NCBI GenBank assembly: GCA_963740355.1
Contig: CAVUDW010000002.1
Span: 32,001 to 96,000 of the forward strand
DNA length: 64,000 nt
Origin: an uncultured Gemmatimonadaceae bacterium
GTDB lineage: Bacteria; Gemmatimonadota; Gemmatimonadetes; Gemmatimonadales; Gemmatimonadaceae
Direction: 5' to 3'
The stretch's first letter is position 1. Each line of letters opens with the position of its first letter. Made by a program: the position numbers and the translations under genes. This document shows positions 50,860-59,838 of this stretch, one piece after another. Below the pieces are notes generated by a model. It had not been told where the DNA came from and did no database searches. It saw only the letters and a program-made list of their open reading frames with translations.

Positions 50860-51975
50860 ATGCGTATTTCCGTTCTGACCGAACGCGCCGAGGGCGAACA
50901 ACGCGTCGCGCTGGTGCCGGAGAATGTCGCCAAGCTGGTGAAAGCCGGTGCGACGGTCGTTGTCCAGAAAGGTGCCGGTGCGCGCGCCTTTCACGCCGAC
51001 GAGGCGTACACCGCGGCCGGCGCGACGTTGGCCGACACCGCCGCTGCCGCGGTGGCAGGGGCGGACGTCATCGTGAAGGTGCAGCGCCCGCTGGCCGATG
51101 AGATGTCGCTGCTGCCGGCCGGCGTCACGCTCGTCTGCCTGCTCAATGCGCAGTCGGCGGGTGACCTGATCCAGCAGCTGGCCACGCAAAAGGTGAGCAC
51201 CCTCGCACTCGAGCGGGTGCCGCGCATCACGCGCGCGCAATCGATGGACGTGCTCAGCTCGCAGGCGACCGTGGCTGGCTACAAGGCGGTGCTGATGGGC
51301 GCTGCCGCGCTGCCGCGATTGCTGCCGATGATGACGACCGCCGCCGGCTCCCTGACGCCGGGCAAGGCGTTCGTGATCGGTGCCGGCGTGGCGGGCCTGC
51401 AGGCGATCGCCACGGCACGCCGACTGGGCGCCGTGGTGAGCGCGTTCGACGTCCGTCCGGCCGCAGCCGAACAGGTGCAGTCCCTGGGCGCCACGTTCGT
51501 GAAGTCGGATGTCGTGTCGGCGGCCGCCGAGGACAAGGGCGGCTACGCCAAGGCGCAGTCGCAGGACGAGGCGGCGCGGACACTCGAGACCATCGGCAAC
51601 CACATCGTGTCGCAGGATCTGGTGATCACGACGGCCGCCATTCCCGGTCGCGCGGCGCCGCGGCTGATCACGGCCGAGATGGTGCACAAGATGAAGCCCG
51701 GTGCGGTGATCGTGGATCTCGCGGCGGAGACGGGCGGCAACTGCGAATTGACGGTGTTCGGCGAGACGGTGGTGGTCAACGGCGTCACGATCTTCGGCCC
51801 GCGCAACCTTCCCGCCACACAGCCGTTGCACGCCTCGCAGATGTTCGGCCGCAACGTCCTGACGTTGCTGCAGCACCTGACCTCGAAGGAGGGCAACACC
51901 CTCGTCGTCGATCCTGCCGACGAGATCACGGGCGCGATGCTCGTCACGCACGATGGCCAGATTCGACTGAGCTGA
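50860..51975 (+). CDS. pntAA: NAD(P) transhydrogenase alpha subunit, domain I
   Basis: E.RVAL.P, RITRAQSMDVLSSQ, GAGVAGLQA, GGYAK, GGNCE. Confidence 0.95.
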   Translation: MRISVLTERAEGEQRVALVPENVAKLVKAGATVVVQKGAGARAFHADEAYTAAGATLADTAAAAVAGADVIVKVQRPLADEMSLLPAGVTLVCLLNAQSAGDLIQQLATQKVSTLALERVPRITRAQSMDVLSSQATVAGYKAVLMGAAALPRLLPMMTTAAGSLTPGKAFVIGAGVAGLQAIATARRLGAVVSAFDVRPAAAEQVQSLGATFVKSDVVSAAAEDKGGYAKAQSQDEAARTLETIGNHIVSQDLVITTAAIPGRAAPRLITAEMVHKMKPGAVIVDLAAETGGNCELTVFGETVVVNGVTIFGPRNLPATQPLHASQMFGRNVLTLLQHLTSKEGNTLVVDPADEITGAMLVTHDGQIRLS

Positions 51976-51998
51976 CCCGTACCCCGACCGGAATTGTC

Positions 51999-52319
51999 AT
52001 GACTGGCAACTACATCATTTCCCTGTATGTGTTCGTGCTGGCGGGTTTCGTCGGCTACCTGCTGATCACGCGCGTGCCGCCGCTGCTGCACACGCCGCTG
52101 ATGTCGGCGACCAATGCGATCTCCGGCATCTCGCTGGTGGGATCGCTGGTGGCGGCGGGCGGCAAGTTCGGCACCGTCTCCACCGTCCTTGGCTTCATCG
52201 CGGTGATCTGCGCCACCACCAACGTGGTGGGTGGATTCATCATCACCGATCGCATGCTCGGCATGTTCAAGCGCACCGAGAAGCCGACCGAATTGCCGTC
52301 GGGGTCGAAGAATGCGTGA
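51999..52319 (+). CDS. pntAB: NAD(P) transhydrogenase alpha subunit, membrane part
   Basis: VPPLLHTPLMSATNAISGI, GGF.ITDRML.MF. Confidence 0.95.
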   Translation: MTGNYIISLYVFVLAGFVGYLLITRVPPLLHTPLMSATNAISGISLVGSLVAAGGKFGTVSTVLGFIAVICATTNVVGGFIITDRMLGMFKRTEKPTELPSGSKNA

Positions 52320-53703
52320 GCTCTTCATGCAGGGCTGCTACCTCGCAGCGTCGGTCCTCTTCATTCTCGGCCTGCGTGGCCTGACGAAGCCGGACCAGGC
52401 GCAGCGTGGCATGCAGATGGCTGCCCTCGGCATGCTGCTGGCGATCGTCGGCACGCTCTGGCACCAGGACATCCTGACGTATCAGTGGATCATTGCGGGC
52501 CTGATCATCGGTTCGATCATCGGCTATCCGCTGGGCAAGTTCGTACCGATGACCGCGATGCCGCAGCGTATCGCGTTCAGCCACATGTTCGGCGCGCTGG
52601 CGGCGACGCTGGTGGGCGTGGCGGAGTTCTGGCACTCGTACCACGAGAACATCCCGATCGGCGGCGCGAAGATGGCAGCGCTTGGCTTTGAAGTGTTGTT
52701 CGGCAGCCTGACGGTGACCGGCAGCTTCATGGCCTTCGGCAAGCTGCAGGAGTTCATCACCGGTCGGCCGGTGACGTTCAAGGGCCAGAACTTCGTCAAC
52801 CTGCTGTTGTTCGCTGCGGCGATCGGGTGCTTCGGCTACCTGATCTACGACTCGACGAACATGACGGTGTTCTTCAGCATGATCGCGATCGCCTTCGTGA
52901 TCGGCATCACGATGGTGCTGCCGATCGGTGGCGCCGACATGCCGGTGGTGGTGTCGCTGCTGAACTCGTATGCGGGCCTCGCGGCGTCGGCGACCGGCTT
53001 TGCAATCGGCAACAACGTGCTGATCATCTGCGGTGCCCTCGATGGCGCGTCCGGCTTCATCCTCTCGATCATCATGTCGAAGGCGATGAACCGCAGCTTT
53101 GCGAACGTGCTCTTCGGCGCCTTCGGCAGTGGCGGCGGCGCGGTGAGCGCGAAGTCATCGGCAGGCCTGACGGTGCGCAGCATCTCGGCCGAAGACGCCG
53201 CAGTGCAGCTGGGGTACGCCTCGAAGGTGATCGTGGTGCCGGGGTACGGCATGGCGGTGGCACAGAGCCAGCACGCCGTGCGCGAACTGGCGGAGCTGAT
53301 CGAGAAGAAGGGCGGCGAGGTGAAGTACGCGATTCACCCGGTGGCGGGTCGCATGCCTGGCCACATGAACGTGTTGCTGGCCGAGGCGAACGTGCCCTAC
53401 GACCGCATGTACGACATGGACGAGATCAACGCCGAGTTCGCGAGTGCCGATGTGGCGCTGGTGATCGGGGCCAACGACGTGGTGAACCCGGCCGCGAAGA
53501 ACGATCCGGCGTCACCGATCTTTGGCATGCCGATCCTGAACGTGTCGGATGCGAAGCACATCATCGTGATGAAGCGAGGCATGTCTGCGGGCTTCGCCGG
53601 CATCGAGAACGAGCTGTTCTACGATGAGAAGACGAGCATGCTGTTCGGCGATGCGAAGGCCAGCCTGACGAAGCTGGTGAGCGAAGTAAAGACGTTGGAG
53701 TAG
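52312..53703 (+). CDS. pntB: NAD(P) transhydrogenase beta subunit
   Basis: MTAMPQ, GGADMPVV, AMNRS, HPVAGRMPGHMN, GANDVVNP. Confidence 0.96.
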   Translation: MRELFMQGCYLAASVLFILGLRGLTKPDQAQRGMQMAALGMLLAIVGTLWHQDILTYQWIIAGLIIGSIIGYPLGKFVPMTAMPQRIAFSHMFGALAATLVGVAEFWHSYHENIPIGGAKMAALGFEVLFGSLTVTGSFMAFGKLQEFITGRPVTFKGQNFVNLLLFAAAIGCFGYLIYDSTNMTVFFSMIAIAFVIGITMVLPIGGADMPVVVSLLNSYAGLAASATGFAIGNNVLIICGALDGASGFILSIIMSKAMNRSFANVLFGAFGSGGGAVSAKSSAGLTVRSISAEDAAVQLGYASKVIVVPGYGMAVAQSQHAVRELAELIEKKGGEVKYAIHPVAGRMPGHMNVLLAEANVPYDRMYDMDEINAEFASADVALVIGANDVVNPAAKNDPASPIFGMPILNVSDAKHIIVMKRGMSAGFAGIENELFYDEKTSMLFGDAKASLTKLVSEVKTLE

Positions 53704-53901
53704 GCTGTCGCCTCTGCCGCAGCTCGCAAACGGGATTGCACAACGCCAATCTTGTGGTCGAGTTCGCTGATCGGTTTGTGGTCAGTGGAGGGTGAAAGGC
53801 CGGGTTTGGTTGTAGCCAAGTAAGTCGTTGTAAAATAAAGAGTTGCGTTGTTCGATTGTCTGGCGGTGTGGCAAGGGATACGCGACAGCAAGCAAAATTC
53901 G

Positions 53902-53943
53902 AGACCGGCACTGTCATTATTTCTGACGGTGCCGGTCTTTTTT
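53902..53943 (+). terminator. Intrinsic terminator upstream of the pilin genes
   Basis: AGACCGGCACTGTCA-TTATTTC-TGACGGTGCCGGTCT followed by a T run. Confidence 0.75.
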
Positions 53944-54068
53944 GCCGGTGGCACGATCCGCGATATGGAAGGGAACGCTGAGACTCGGTCGAAGTTGCCG
54001 AGTCGCCGCGACTCGAGCACCGGGCGGTGTGAGGGTCGCGACACTTTTCCGCCCACTCTCGGACCACC

Positions 54069-54560
54069 ATGCGAATTGCTCGACTCGCGGCCGTCGCCGC
54101 CATCCTCGCACCGGCGTTTGCCCACGCCCAGTCGGCCAACGTCTCGGCCACTGCCACTGTCGTCACTCCGCTGGTCGTGACCGGCGGCGCCAACCTCGCC
54201 TTCGGCAACGTGTTCCAGGGCGTGAACAAGACCGTGCCGTTCAGCGATGCCGCCAGCGGTCGCTTCAGCATCACCGGCTTCGGCGCGTCACAGGTCGCCC
54301 TGACCTTCACGCTCCCGACGAACCTCGTCAACGGCGCGAACAACCTGCCGATCGACACCTGGGACATCCGCAGCAACGCCACCAACGTGACGGCTGGCGC
54401 AAGCACACTGACCGTGACCAGCGGTACGCCGGTCAACGCCAACCTCGCCGCTGGCAACCTGTACCTGTTCGTGGGTGGTCGCGTGGTGCCTGCGGCAGCG
54501 CAGGCTGCTGGTTCGTACACCGGCAGCATCGTGCTCGCCGCTGCGTACACCGGCCTGTAA
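54069..54560 (+). CDS. DUF4402-like secreted pilin subunit 1
   Basis: Sec signal (AHA|Q), ATATVVTPL..LAFG, C-terminal QAAGSYTGSIVL..Y. Beta-rich. Confidence 0.8.
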   Translation: MRIARLAAVAAILAPAFAHAQSANVSATATVVTPLVVTGGANLAFGNVFQGVNKTVPFSDAASGRFSITGFGASQVALTFTLPTNLVNGANNLPIDTWDIRSNATNVTAGASTLTVTSGTPVNANLAAGNLYLFVGGRVVPAAAQAAGSYTGSIVLAAAYTGL

Positions 54561-54573
54561 GGAGCGCTGAGTC

Positions 54574-55074
54574 ATGACTGCCTCCTCCCGTTTCGCAGTT
54601 GCGGCGCTTGCGCTGATCGGCACCGCTGGAGCGGTACAGGGCCAGTCAGCCTCGATCGCTGCAACGGCCACCGTGGTCACGCCGATCACCGTCACCGGCA
54701 CTGCGCCGCTGGCGTTCGGCAATGTGTTCCAGGGTGTGAACAAGACGATCGCATTCAGCGACGCGACCAGTGGTCGCTTCTCGCTGACAGGGTACCTCGG
54801 TTCGCAGGTCGCCCTGACGTTCACGCTGCCAGTCACGCTGAGCAGCGGAGCGAACACGATGCCGATCAACACCTACGATGTGCGTGTGAACGGAACGAAC
54901 GCTGTGGCTGGCGCTTCGGCGCTGACCGTCACCAGCGGGACCCCGGTGAACTCCAACTTCGTGGCTGGCAATCTCTTCGTGTTCATCGGTGGTCGCGTGC
55001 AGCCTGCGGCAGCGCAGGCCGCTGGCACGTACACCGGTTCGATCGTCCTCTCAGCCGCCTATACCGGGCTGTGA
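54574..55074 (+). CDS. DUF4402-like secreted pilin subunit 2 (paralog of subunit 1)
   Basis: AAGGAG RBS. Shares LAFGNVFQGVNKT..FSDA.SGRFS.TG and AG.YTGSIVL.AAYTGL with subunit 1. Confidence 0.8.
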   Translation: MTASSRFAVAALALIGTAGAVQGQSASIAATATVVTPITVTGTAPLAFGNVFQGVNKTIAFSDATSGRFSLTGYLGSQVALTFTLPVTLSSGANTMPINTYDVRVNGTNAVAGASALTVTSGTPVNSNFVAGNLFVFIGGRVQPAAAQAAGTYTGSIVLSAAYTGL

Positions 55075-55148
55075 TTCCTCGTCGTCCATGAGCACCGACG
55101 GGTGCTCGTGGATGATCCGTTGTCCGACATCGCTGACCACCCGCAACG

Positions 55149-55625
55149 ATGTATCGAATGTCTGTTGTTGCACGCGCACTGATGACCATTGGCGTTCTGT
55201 CCTTCGCGCGCGTCGCGGAAGGACAGACGCTGATCGTGCGTCCCCTCCAGAATCTCACGTTTGGCTTCCTGCTGCCTGGCGTCGCCACGACTGTGGATGC
55301 GGCGACCATCACGCAGAGCGGCCAGATCCAGATCGAGGCGTCACTCGGCACGAACTTCGAGGTGCGCTACACCTTGCCCACCGTGATGAACGGCGCGGGC
55401 ACCACGCTGCCGCTGTCGTTCGGCACGACCGCCGGCGGCGCCGCACCCACGGCAACGCCTGCGTCGATGCAGCGATTCAATCCTGCTACGGCCACGCGCT
55501 GGCAGCTGGTCACCACCACGCGCGCCACGTTTTTCCTCGGCGGCCGCGCCGCGCCGCGGGTCGGTCAACCTGTTGGCGCCTATACGGCGCCGATCGTCGT
55601 CACCATCACCAACCTCGGAGTCTGA
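55149..55625 (+). CDS. DUF4402-like minor pilin subunit 3
   Basis: Signal peptide, PLQNLTFG, FLGGR, C-terminal QPVGAYTAPIVVTI. Confidence 0.75.
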   Translation: MYRMSVVARALMTIGVLSFARVAEGQTLIVRPLQNLTFGFLLPGVATTVDAATITQSGQIQIEASLGTNFEVRYTLPTVMNGAGTTLPLSFGTTAGGAAPTATPASMQRFNPATATRWQLVTTTRATFFLGGRAAPRVGQPVGAYTAPIVVTITNLGV

Positions 55626-56506
55626 TGCTTCCCGCCCCGTCCACCCACGAGGCGTGCGCTCTGCGCTGGCTGCGCACCTGCTGCGCCCTGCTCGCACTTG
55701 CACTCCCCGCACACGTCACGGCCCAGGCGATTCTGGTTGCGCCGCAGGGCGTGGTGCTCAGCAATCGCGATCGCACCGGCTCTGTCGAACTGTACAACCC
55801 GTCGTCGCGCGCATCGGAGGTCACGATTCGCGCAGTGTACGGTCATCCGACGACCACTGCCGAGGGTGACCTGACCCTCGCGATCGTTGAACAACCCGAT
55901 TCGAGCGAGCCGTCGGCAGCGGGCTTCGTTGACGCCTTTCCGCGGCGGCTCGTGCTGCAGCCCAACCAGCGCCAGACGGTGCGCCTGCTGGCACGGCCGC
56001 CGGTTGGCCTGGCCGACGGTGAATACTGGGCGCGACTGGTGATCTCGGCGAAGGATGCTGAGGAATCGGCGAACGCCGCGCGCGACAGCACCGTGATGAG
56101 TGTTGGCCTGACGCTCGAGGTACGCACGATCATCGCCGTGAACTACCGCAACGGCGAGCAGCGCACCGGCGTGCAGCTGGGTGCACTGACGGCGACGGCC
56201 ACTGCCGATTCGCTGGTCGTTCGCGCGCCGATGCAGCGCACCGGCACGGCGGCCTGGATCGGCATGACTACGGTGCGCCTGCTCAATGAGACCGGCGCCA
56301 TCGTCGCCAGCCAGGCGATGCAGACGGCGGTCTACCAGTCGATCGTGCCGCGGTTCGCATTCGATCGCAAGACGCTCGCGCCGGGCCAGTATCGCATCTC
56401 GATCGACATGTCGACCGATCGCCCCGACGTCACACAGAGCACGCTGCTGAAGGCGCCACCGCAGCACGGTGAGACGACAATCACCCTGCCCACCGGCGGC
56501 AGCTGA
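55625..56506 (+). CDS. Periplasmic pilus chaperone (PapD-like)
   Basis: ILVAPQGVVL, VELYNPS, FPRRLVLQPNQRQTVRLL..P..LADGEYW. Two Ig-like halves. TGATG coupling to subunit 3. Confidence 0.8.
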   Translation: MLPAPSTHEACALRWLRTCCALLALALPAHVTAQAILVAPQGVVLSNRDRTGSVELYNPSSRASEVTIRAVYGHPTTTAEGDLTLAIVEQPDSSEPSAAGFVDAFPRRLVLQPNQRQTVRLLARPPVGLADGEYWARLVISAKDAEESANAARDSTVMSVGLTLEVRTIIAVNYRNGEQRTGVQLGALTATATADSLVVRAPMQRTGTAAWIGMTTVRLLNETGAIVASQAMQTAVYQSIVPRFAFDRKTLAPGQYRISIDMSTDRPDVTQSTLLKAPPQHGETTITLPTGGS

Positions 56507-56508
56507 CC

Positions 56509-59067
56509 GTGCGCTCGACCCGGCTTCGCACTGCACTGACTTCGGCGCTCATCTTCGTGATGAGTGGCGCGTCGGCGCGCGCGCAGTCGACGGCGGAACC
56601 GACGTTGATGGATGTGCGGCTGGGTCAGGCAGCGTCGCTGGCACTGCGTGCGGAGCGTGAAGGGGAGCGGGTGTGGCTGCCGGTCGCCGAACTGGCCTCT
56701 GCGTTGGAACTCGAAGTGGTGTCGCGCAGCAAGTCGCGTGTGGAACTGCGCCGCTGGCCCTCACGCGACGTGCTGGTGTTCGACTTCGACTCGATGCTGG
56801 TGCGCACGGGCGCGTCGCCGCTGCGGATCACGACCGGTGCACTTCGCATCAGCGATGGTGAACTGGCCGCCGATGTCGTCACGCTGCAATCGGCACTACG
56901 CACCGTGTTCGAGGTGAGCTGGGCCGACCTGGTGATTTCATTGCCGCTGATCGATTCCCTGCCCCTGGGTCGGCGAATCGCGCGCGAACAATCGCATGCC
57001 CGACTGCTGGCGCGTGGTGAAGGGCTGGAGCGCTCGACGATGGTGTCACCGCTCGCCCGTCCGCTCGCGGATGGCGCCGTGGTGGACTACTCGCTGAGTG
57101 TGCCGCTGACCGGTGCGCAGCGAGACCTTGGCTGGTCTACCGCCGTCGGACTGGATGTGTTGGGTGGCTCGCTGGAAGTGAGCACTGGTGCCGTCACGGG
57201 TGGCACGCGCCTGCCGACGCTGGCGTCGTGGACGGGGGTGTGGCGCGATGGACGAAAGCTGACGCAGATGCGCCTTGGTGACGGCCTTGGCGGCGGCCCA
57301 GCGCCTCGATTGGGGCGCGGCATCATGTTCACGAACTCTCCGTATGCGCGGCCAGCGTTGTTCGGACTGCAGACGCTGCGCGGTGACCTGCCGCCCGGCT
57401 GGACCATCGAGGCCTACCGCAACGGCGAACTGGTGGCGGTGGATACCGTTGGCCGCGCAAGCGGCTACCAGCTGCAGATGCCGGTGCTGTATGGTGAAAA
57501 TCCGGTGGACCTGTTGGCCGTGGGACCGTTCGGTCAGACGCGCGCGCTATCGCAGAACCTGCGCATCCTGGCCGACCTGCTGCCACGCGATCGCAGCGAA
57601 TACGGGGTCAGCTTCGCCCAATGCCGCCTGCGTCAGCAGTGCCTGGCCGCTGGCACTTTCGACCTGCGCATCGGCCTCACCGAGCGATGGACGATGCGGG
57701 TTGGCGTCGACGGCGTCGCGCGTGACTCGGTGGGATGGCGGCAGGGCCCGTACCTGTCGTTCATTGGCGCGCCATTGCCGTCGGTCGCGGTGCAGCTCGA
57801 TGCGGCGGCGATGTCGCGCACCCGCCTCGCCGTGAACCTCGAGCCGTCGCGGCAACTGCGCCTCTCACTCGAGCAGCAGTGGTTCGGTAGCGACCCACTC
57901 GATCCGCTGCTCACGGCCAGGCGCCGTGCACAGAGCAGCGTGTACGCCTACTGGCGTTCGATGGGTGTGAAGCAGACGACGGTCGAAGCGAGTGTCGACC
58001 GCAGCCTGTTCCTCGACGGTGGTGACCTGCTGCGCGGGCGACTGGGCGTCGGTACCCAGACCGCAGGGATGCGGCTGCAGCCGTACCTGCGCATCGATCA
58101 ATCGTCGCGCGGCAGCTATGCGCAGCGCGCCGCCGGCCTCGAAGCGGTGCTGCTGCCGAACGCAAATCGTGGGCGCTACATCGGCGCGGCGCTGCTGCGT
58201 GTGATCGGCGAGGTGGACGCACGTGGCCGCGCCGTGCGCGAAGCGGTGACGCTGGCGATGCCAATGCCGGGCGCATTCCGTGTCGATGCCGGCGTGGCCT
58301 TCCAGGCCGGTCAGCGGGGACCGATTGCGACACTCACGATGTCGCGTGATTTGAACGCCATCCGTAGCTACACCTCCGCGATGATGTCGCAGGGTGCGTC
58401 GAGTGCCACGCAGAGTGTGCAGGGCTCGGCCTTGCTGTCGCGTGAGTCGCGGCGGCCGCAGTTCGTGACCGGCCCGTCGCTGCAACGCACCGGAGTGACC
58501 GGTGTGGTGTTCCTCGATCGCAATGCGAATGGCATACGGGATGCGGGCGAGCCGTCGGTGCCGAATGTGCTGGTGCAGGTTGGGACGGGCTACGCACACA
58601 GCGATGCCGATGGTCGGTATCGCGTCTGGGACCTGGTGCCCTTCGTGCCGCTGCCGATCGTGATCGACTCGACGTCGCTGCCGTCGCCGCTGTGGATTCC
58701 CACGCTGACGCACGCGAACCTCGAAGCCGGCCCCAATCGCTTCGAGCCGCTCGATATTCCCCTCGTCGCCGGCGGTGTCGTGGAAGGCCGGATCGTGTGG
58801 AATCGGCCAGGGGGGACATCCCTGCCGCCGGTGCCACTGATCATCACGAACGCGCGAGGTGAGGTCGTGGCGCGGGCCGCATCGTTCAGCGATGGCGAAT
58901 ACGTGGTGTTCGGTGTGCGACCGGGGACGCTCACCGTGCGCGTGGACCCCAAGTGGCTGGTGTCGCAGGGGCTCGCTGCAGACGTCAGGACGGTGCCGCT
59001 GGCCTCGACGGATGACGGCGCCACCGCCCGTGTGCCCGTGATCACGGTGTCGCCGCTGGTGCCCTAG
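56509..59067 (+). CDS. Usher-like outer-membrane assembly protein with C-terminal SdrD/Cna-B and carboxypeptidase-regulatory-like domains
   Basis: 852 aa, signal peptide, LGD..G..F, usher-plug-like LPPGWTIEAYRNGELV...Y.L..P..YGEN.V.L...GPFGQ, beta strands, G.VFLDRNANGIRDAGE. Confidence 0.75.
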   Translation: MRSTRLRTALTSALIFVMSGASARAQSTAEPTLMDVRLGQAASLALRAEREGERVWLPVAELASALELEVVSRSKSRVELRRWPSRDVLVFDFDSMLVRTGASPLRITTGALRISDGELAADVVTLQSALRTVFEVSWADLVISLPLIDSLPLGRRIAREQSHARLLARGEGLERSTMVSPLARPLADGAVVDYSLSVPLTGAQRDLGWSTAVGLDVLGGSLEVSTGAVTGGTRLPTLASWTGVWRDGRKLTQMRLGDGLGGGPAPRLGRGIMFTNSPYARPALFGLQTLRGDLPPGWTIEAYRNGELVAVDTVGRASGYQLQMPVLYGENPVDLLAVGPFGQTRALSQNLRILADLLPRDRSEYGVSFAQCRLRQQCLAAGTFDLRIGLTERWTMRVGVDGVARDSVGWRQGPYLSFIGAPLPSVAVQLDAAAMSRTRLAVNLEPSRQLRLSLEQQWFGSDPLDPLLTARRRAQSSVYAYWRSMGVKQTTVEASVDRSLFLDGGDLLRGRLGVGTQTAGMRLQPYLRIDQSSRGSYAQRAAGLEAVLLPNANRGRYIGAALLRVIGEVDARGRAVREAVTLAMPMPGAFRVDAGVAFQAGQRGPIATLTMSRDLNAIRSYTSAMMSQGASSATQSVQGSALLSRESRRPQFVTGPSLQRTGVTGVVFLDRNANGIRDAGEPSVPNVLVQVGTGYAHSDADGRYRVWDLVPFVPLPIVIDSTSLPSPLWIPTLTHANLEAGPNRFEPLDIPLVAGGVVEGRIVWNRPGGTSLPPVPLIITNARGEVVARAASFSDGEYVVFGVRPGTLTVRVDPKWLVSQGLAADVRTVPLASTDDGATARVPVITVSPLVP

Positions 59068-59082
59068 GTCGTTCTGGCGACG

Positions 59083-59559
59083 CTAGTAGACCAGCGATCC
59101 GCGGGGCGGGGCGATGGCCGTCGACGCGGGGACCACGAACTGGGCGAATGATGGCGAGAGCAAGCGGTCACCCTGCTCGAGGCTGACGAGGAATTCCCGT
59201 ACGCTGGCGTCACCGAGCGGGAGCTGCACCGACACATTCCGGCGCGAACAGCTGGGGCTGCGCGGGATGAGAATGCGGTTGGTGCGAGCGCTACCCAAGT
59301 CGCCACGGGCATCCACTGTGACTGCGCCGCTCCCACACCCATCGATGGCCAGCGAGAGCTCGCCCGGCACGGCGGTGCGACTGACGCTGCTCACGGAGAG
59401 CGGACTGGCCACGACCGTGGCCGTGGCGACGATCGTGCTGTTCTGGGCCCGTCCCGTGGCTGGGAGCAGCACGCCGGCAAGGAAGCAGGCGGCGGCGATC
59501 GGGAATCGACGGACTCTGGACGTGACCGTCGGGAAGACGTTCGGCGTGACGCTGGTCAT
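59083..59559 (-). CDS. Secreted protein with a pilin-like N-terminal strand, convergent to the pilus operon
   Basis: Signal peptide (GRA|Q), then NSTIVATATVVASPLSV, matching the N-termini of pilins 1 and 2. Cys pair. Confidence 0.65.
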   Translation of the reverse strand: MTSVTPNVFPTVTSRVRRFPIAAACFLAGVLLPATGRAQNSTIVATATVVASPLSVSSVSRTAVPGELSLAIDGCGSGAVTVDARGDLGSARTNRILIPRSPSCSRRNVSVQLPLGDASVREFLVSLEQGDRLLSPSFAQFVVPASTAIAPPRGSLVY

Positions 59560-59838
59560 GACACGGAGTGTCGGCAGGCGCACCGCGGGGCACGAGACGC
59601 GCGTCGTCGCGCAGCTACCGAGCCGTCTGGTCGAGCCTGCCAGAAGAGTATCACCGGGGGCACCTTCGCAAGGAGCCCTCCGCTGGCGGGCACCATCGAC
59701 GCTGGCGCGGCGCTGATTCCGGGGCGGATCGACGCTACTTTCCGCCAGCGCTCCCGGCTCTTCTGACGCTGCGGGAGCCGATCACCGCCAGCTAACACCA
59801 AACTGGCTGGACTTACCTGAGTGAGGAGTGTCGTTCGG

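Noticed and set aside
53944..54068. c-di-GMP riboswitch ahead of the pilins
   Set aside because: Hairpins are present, but I could not find the conserved class I or class II signature nucleotides.
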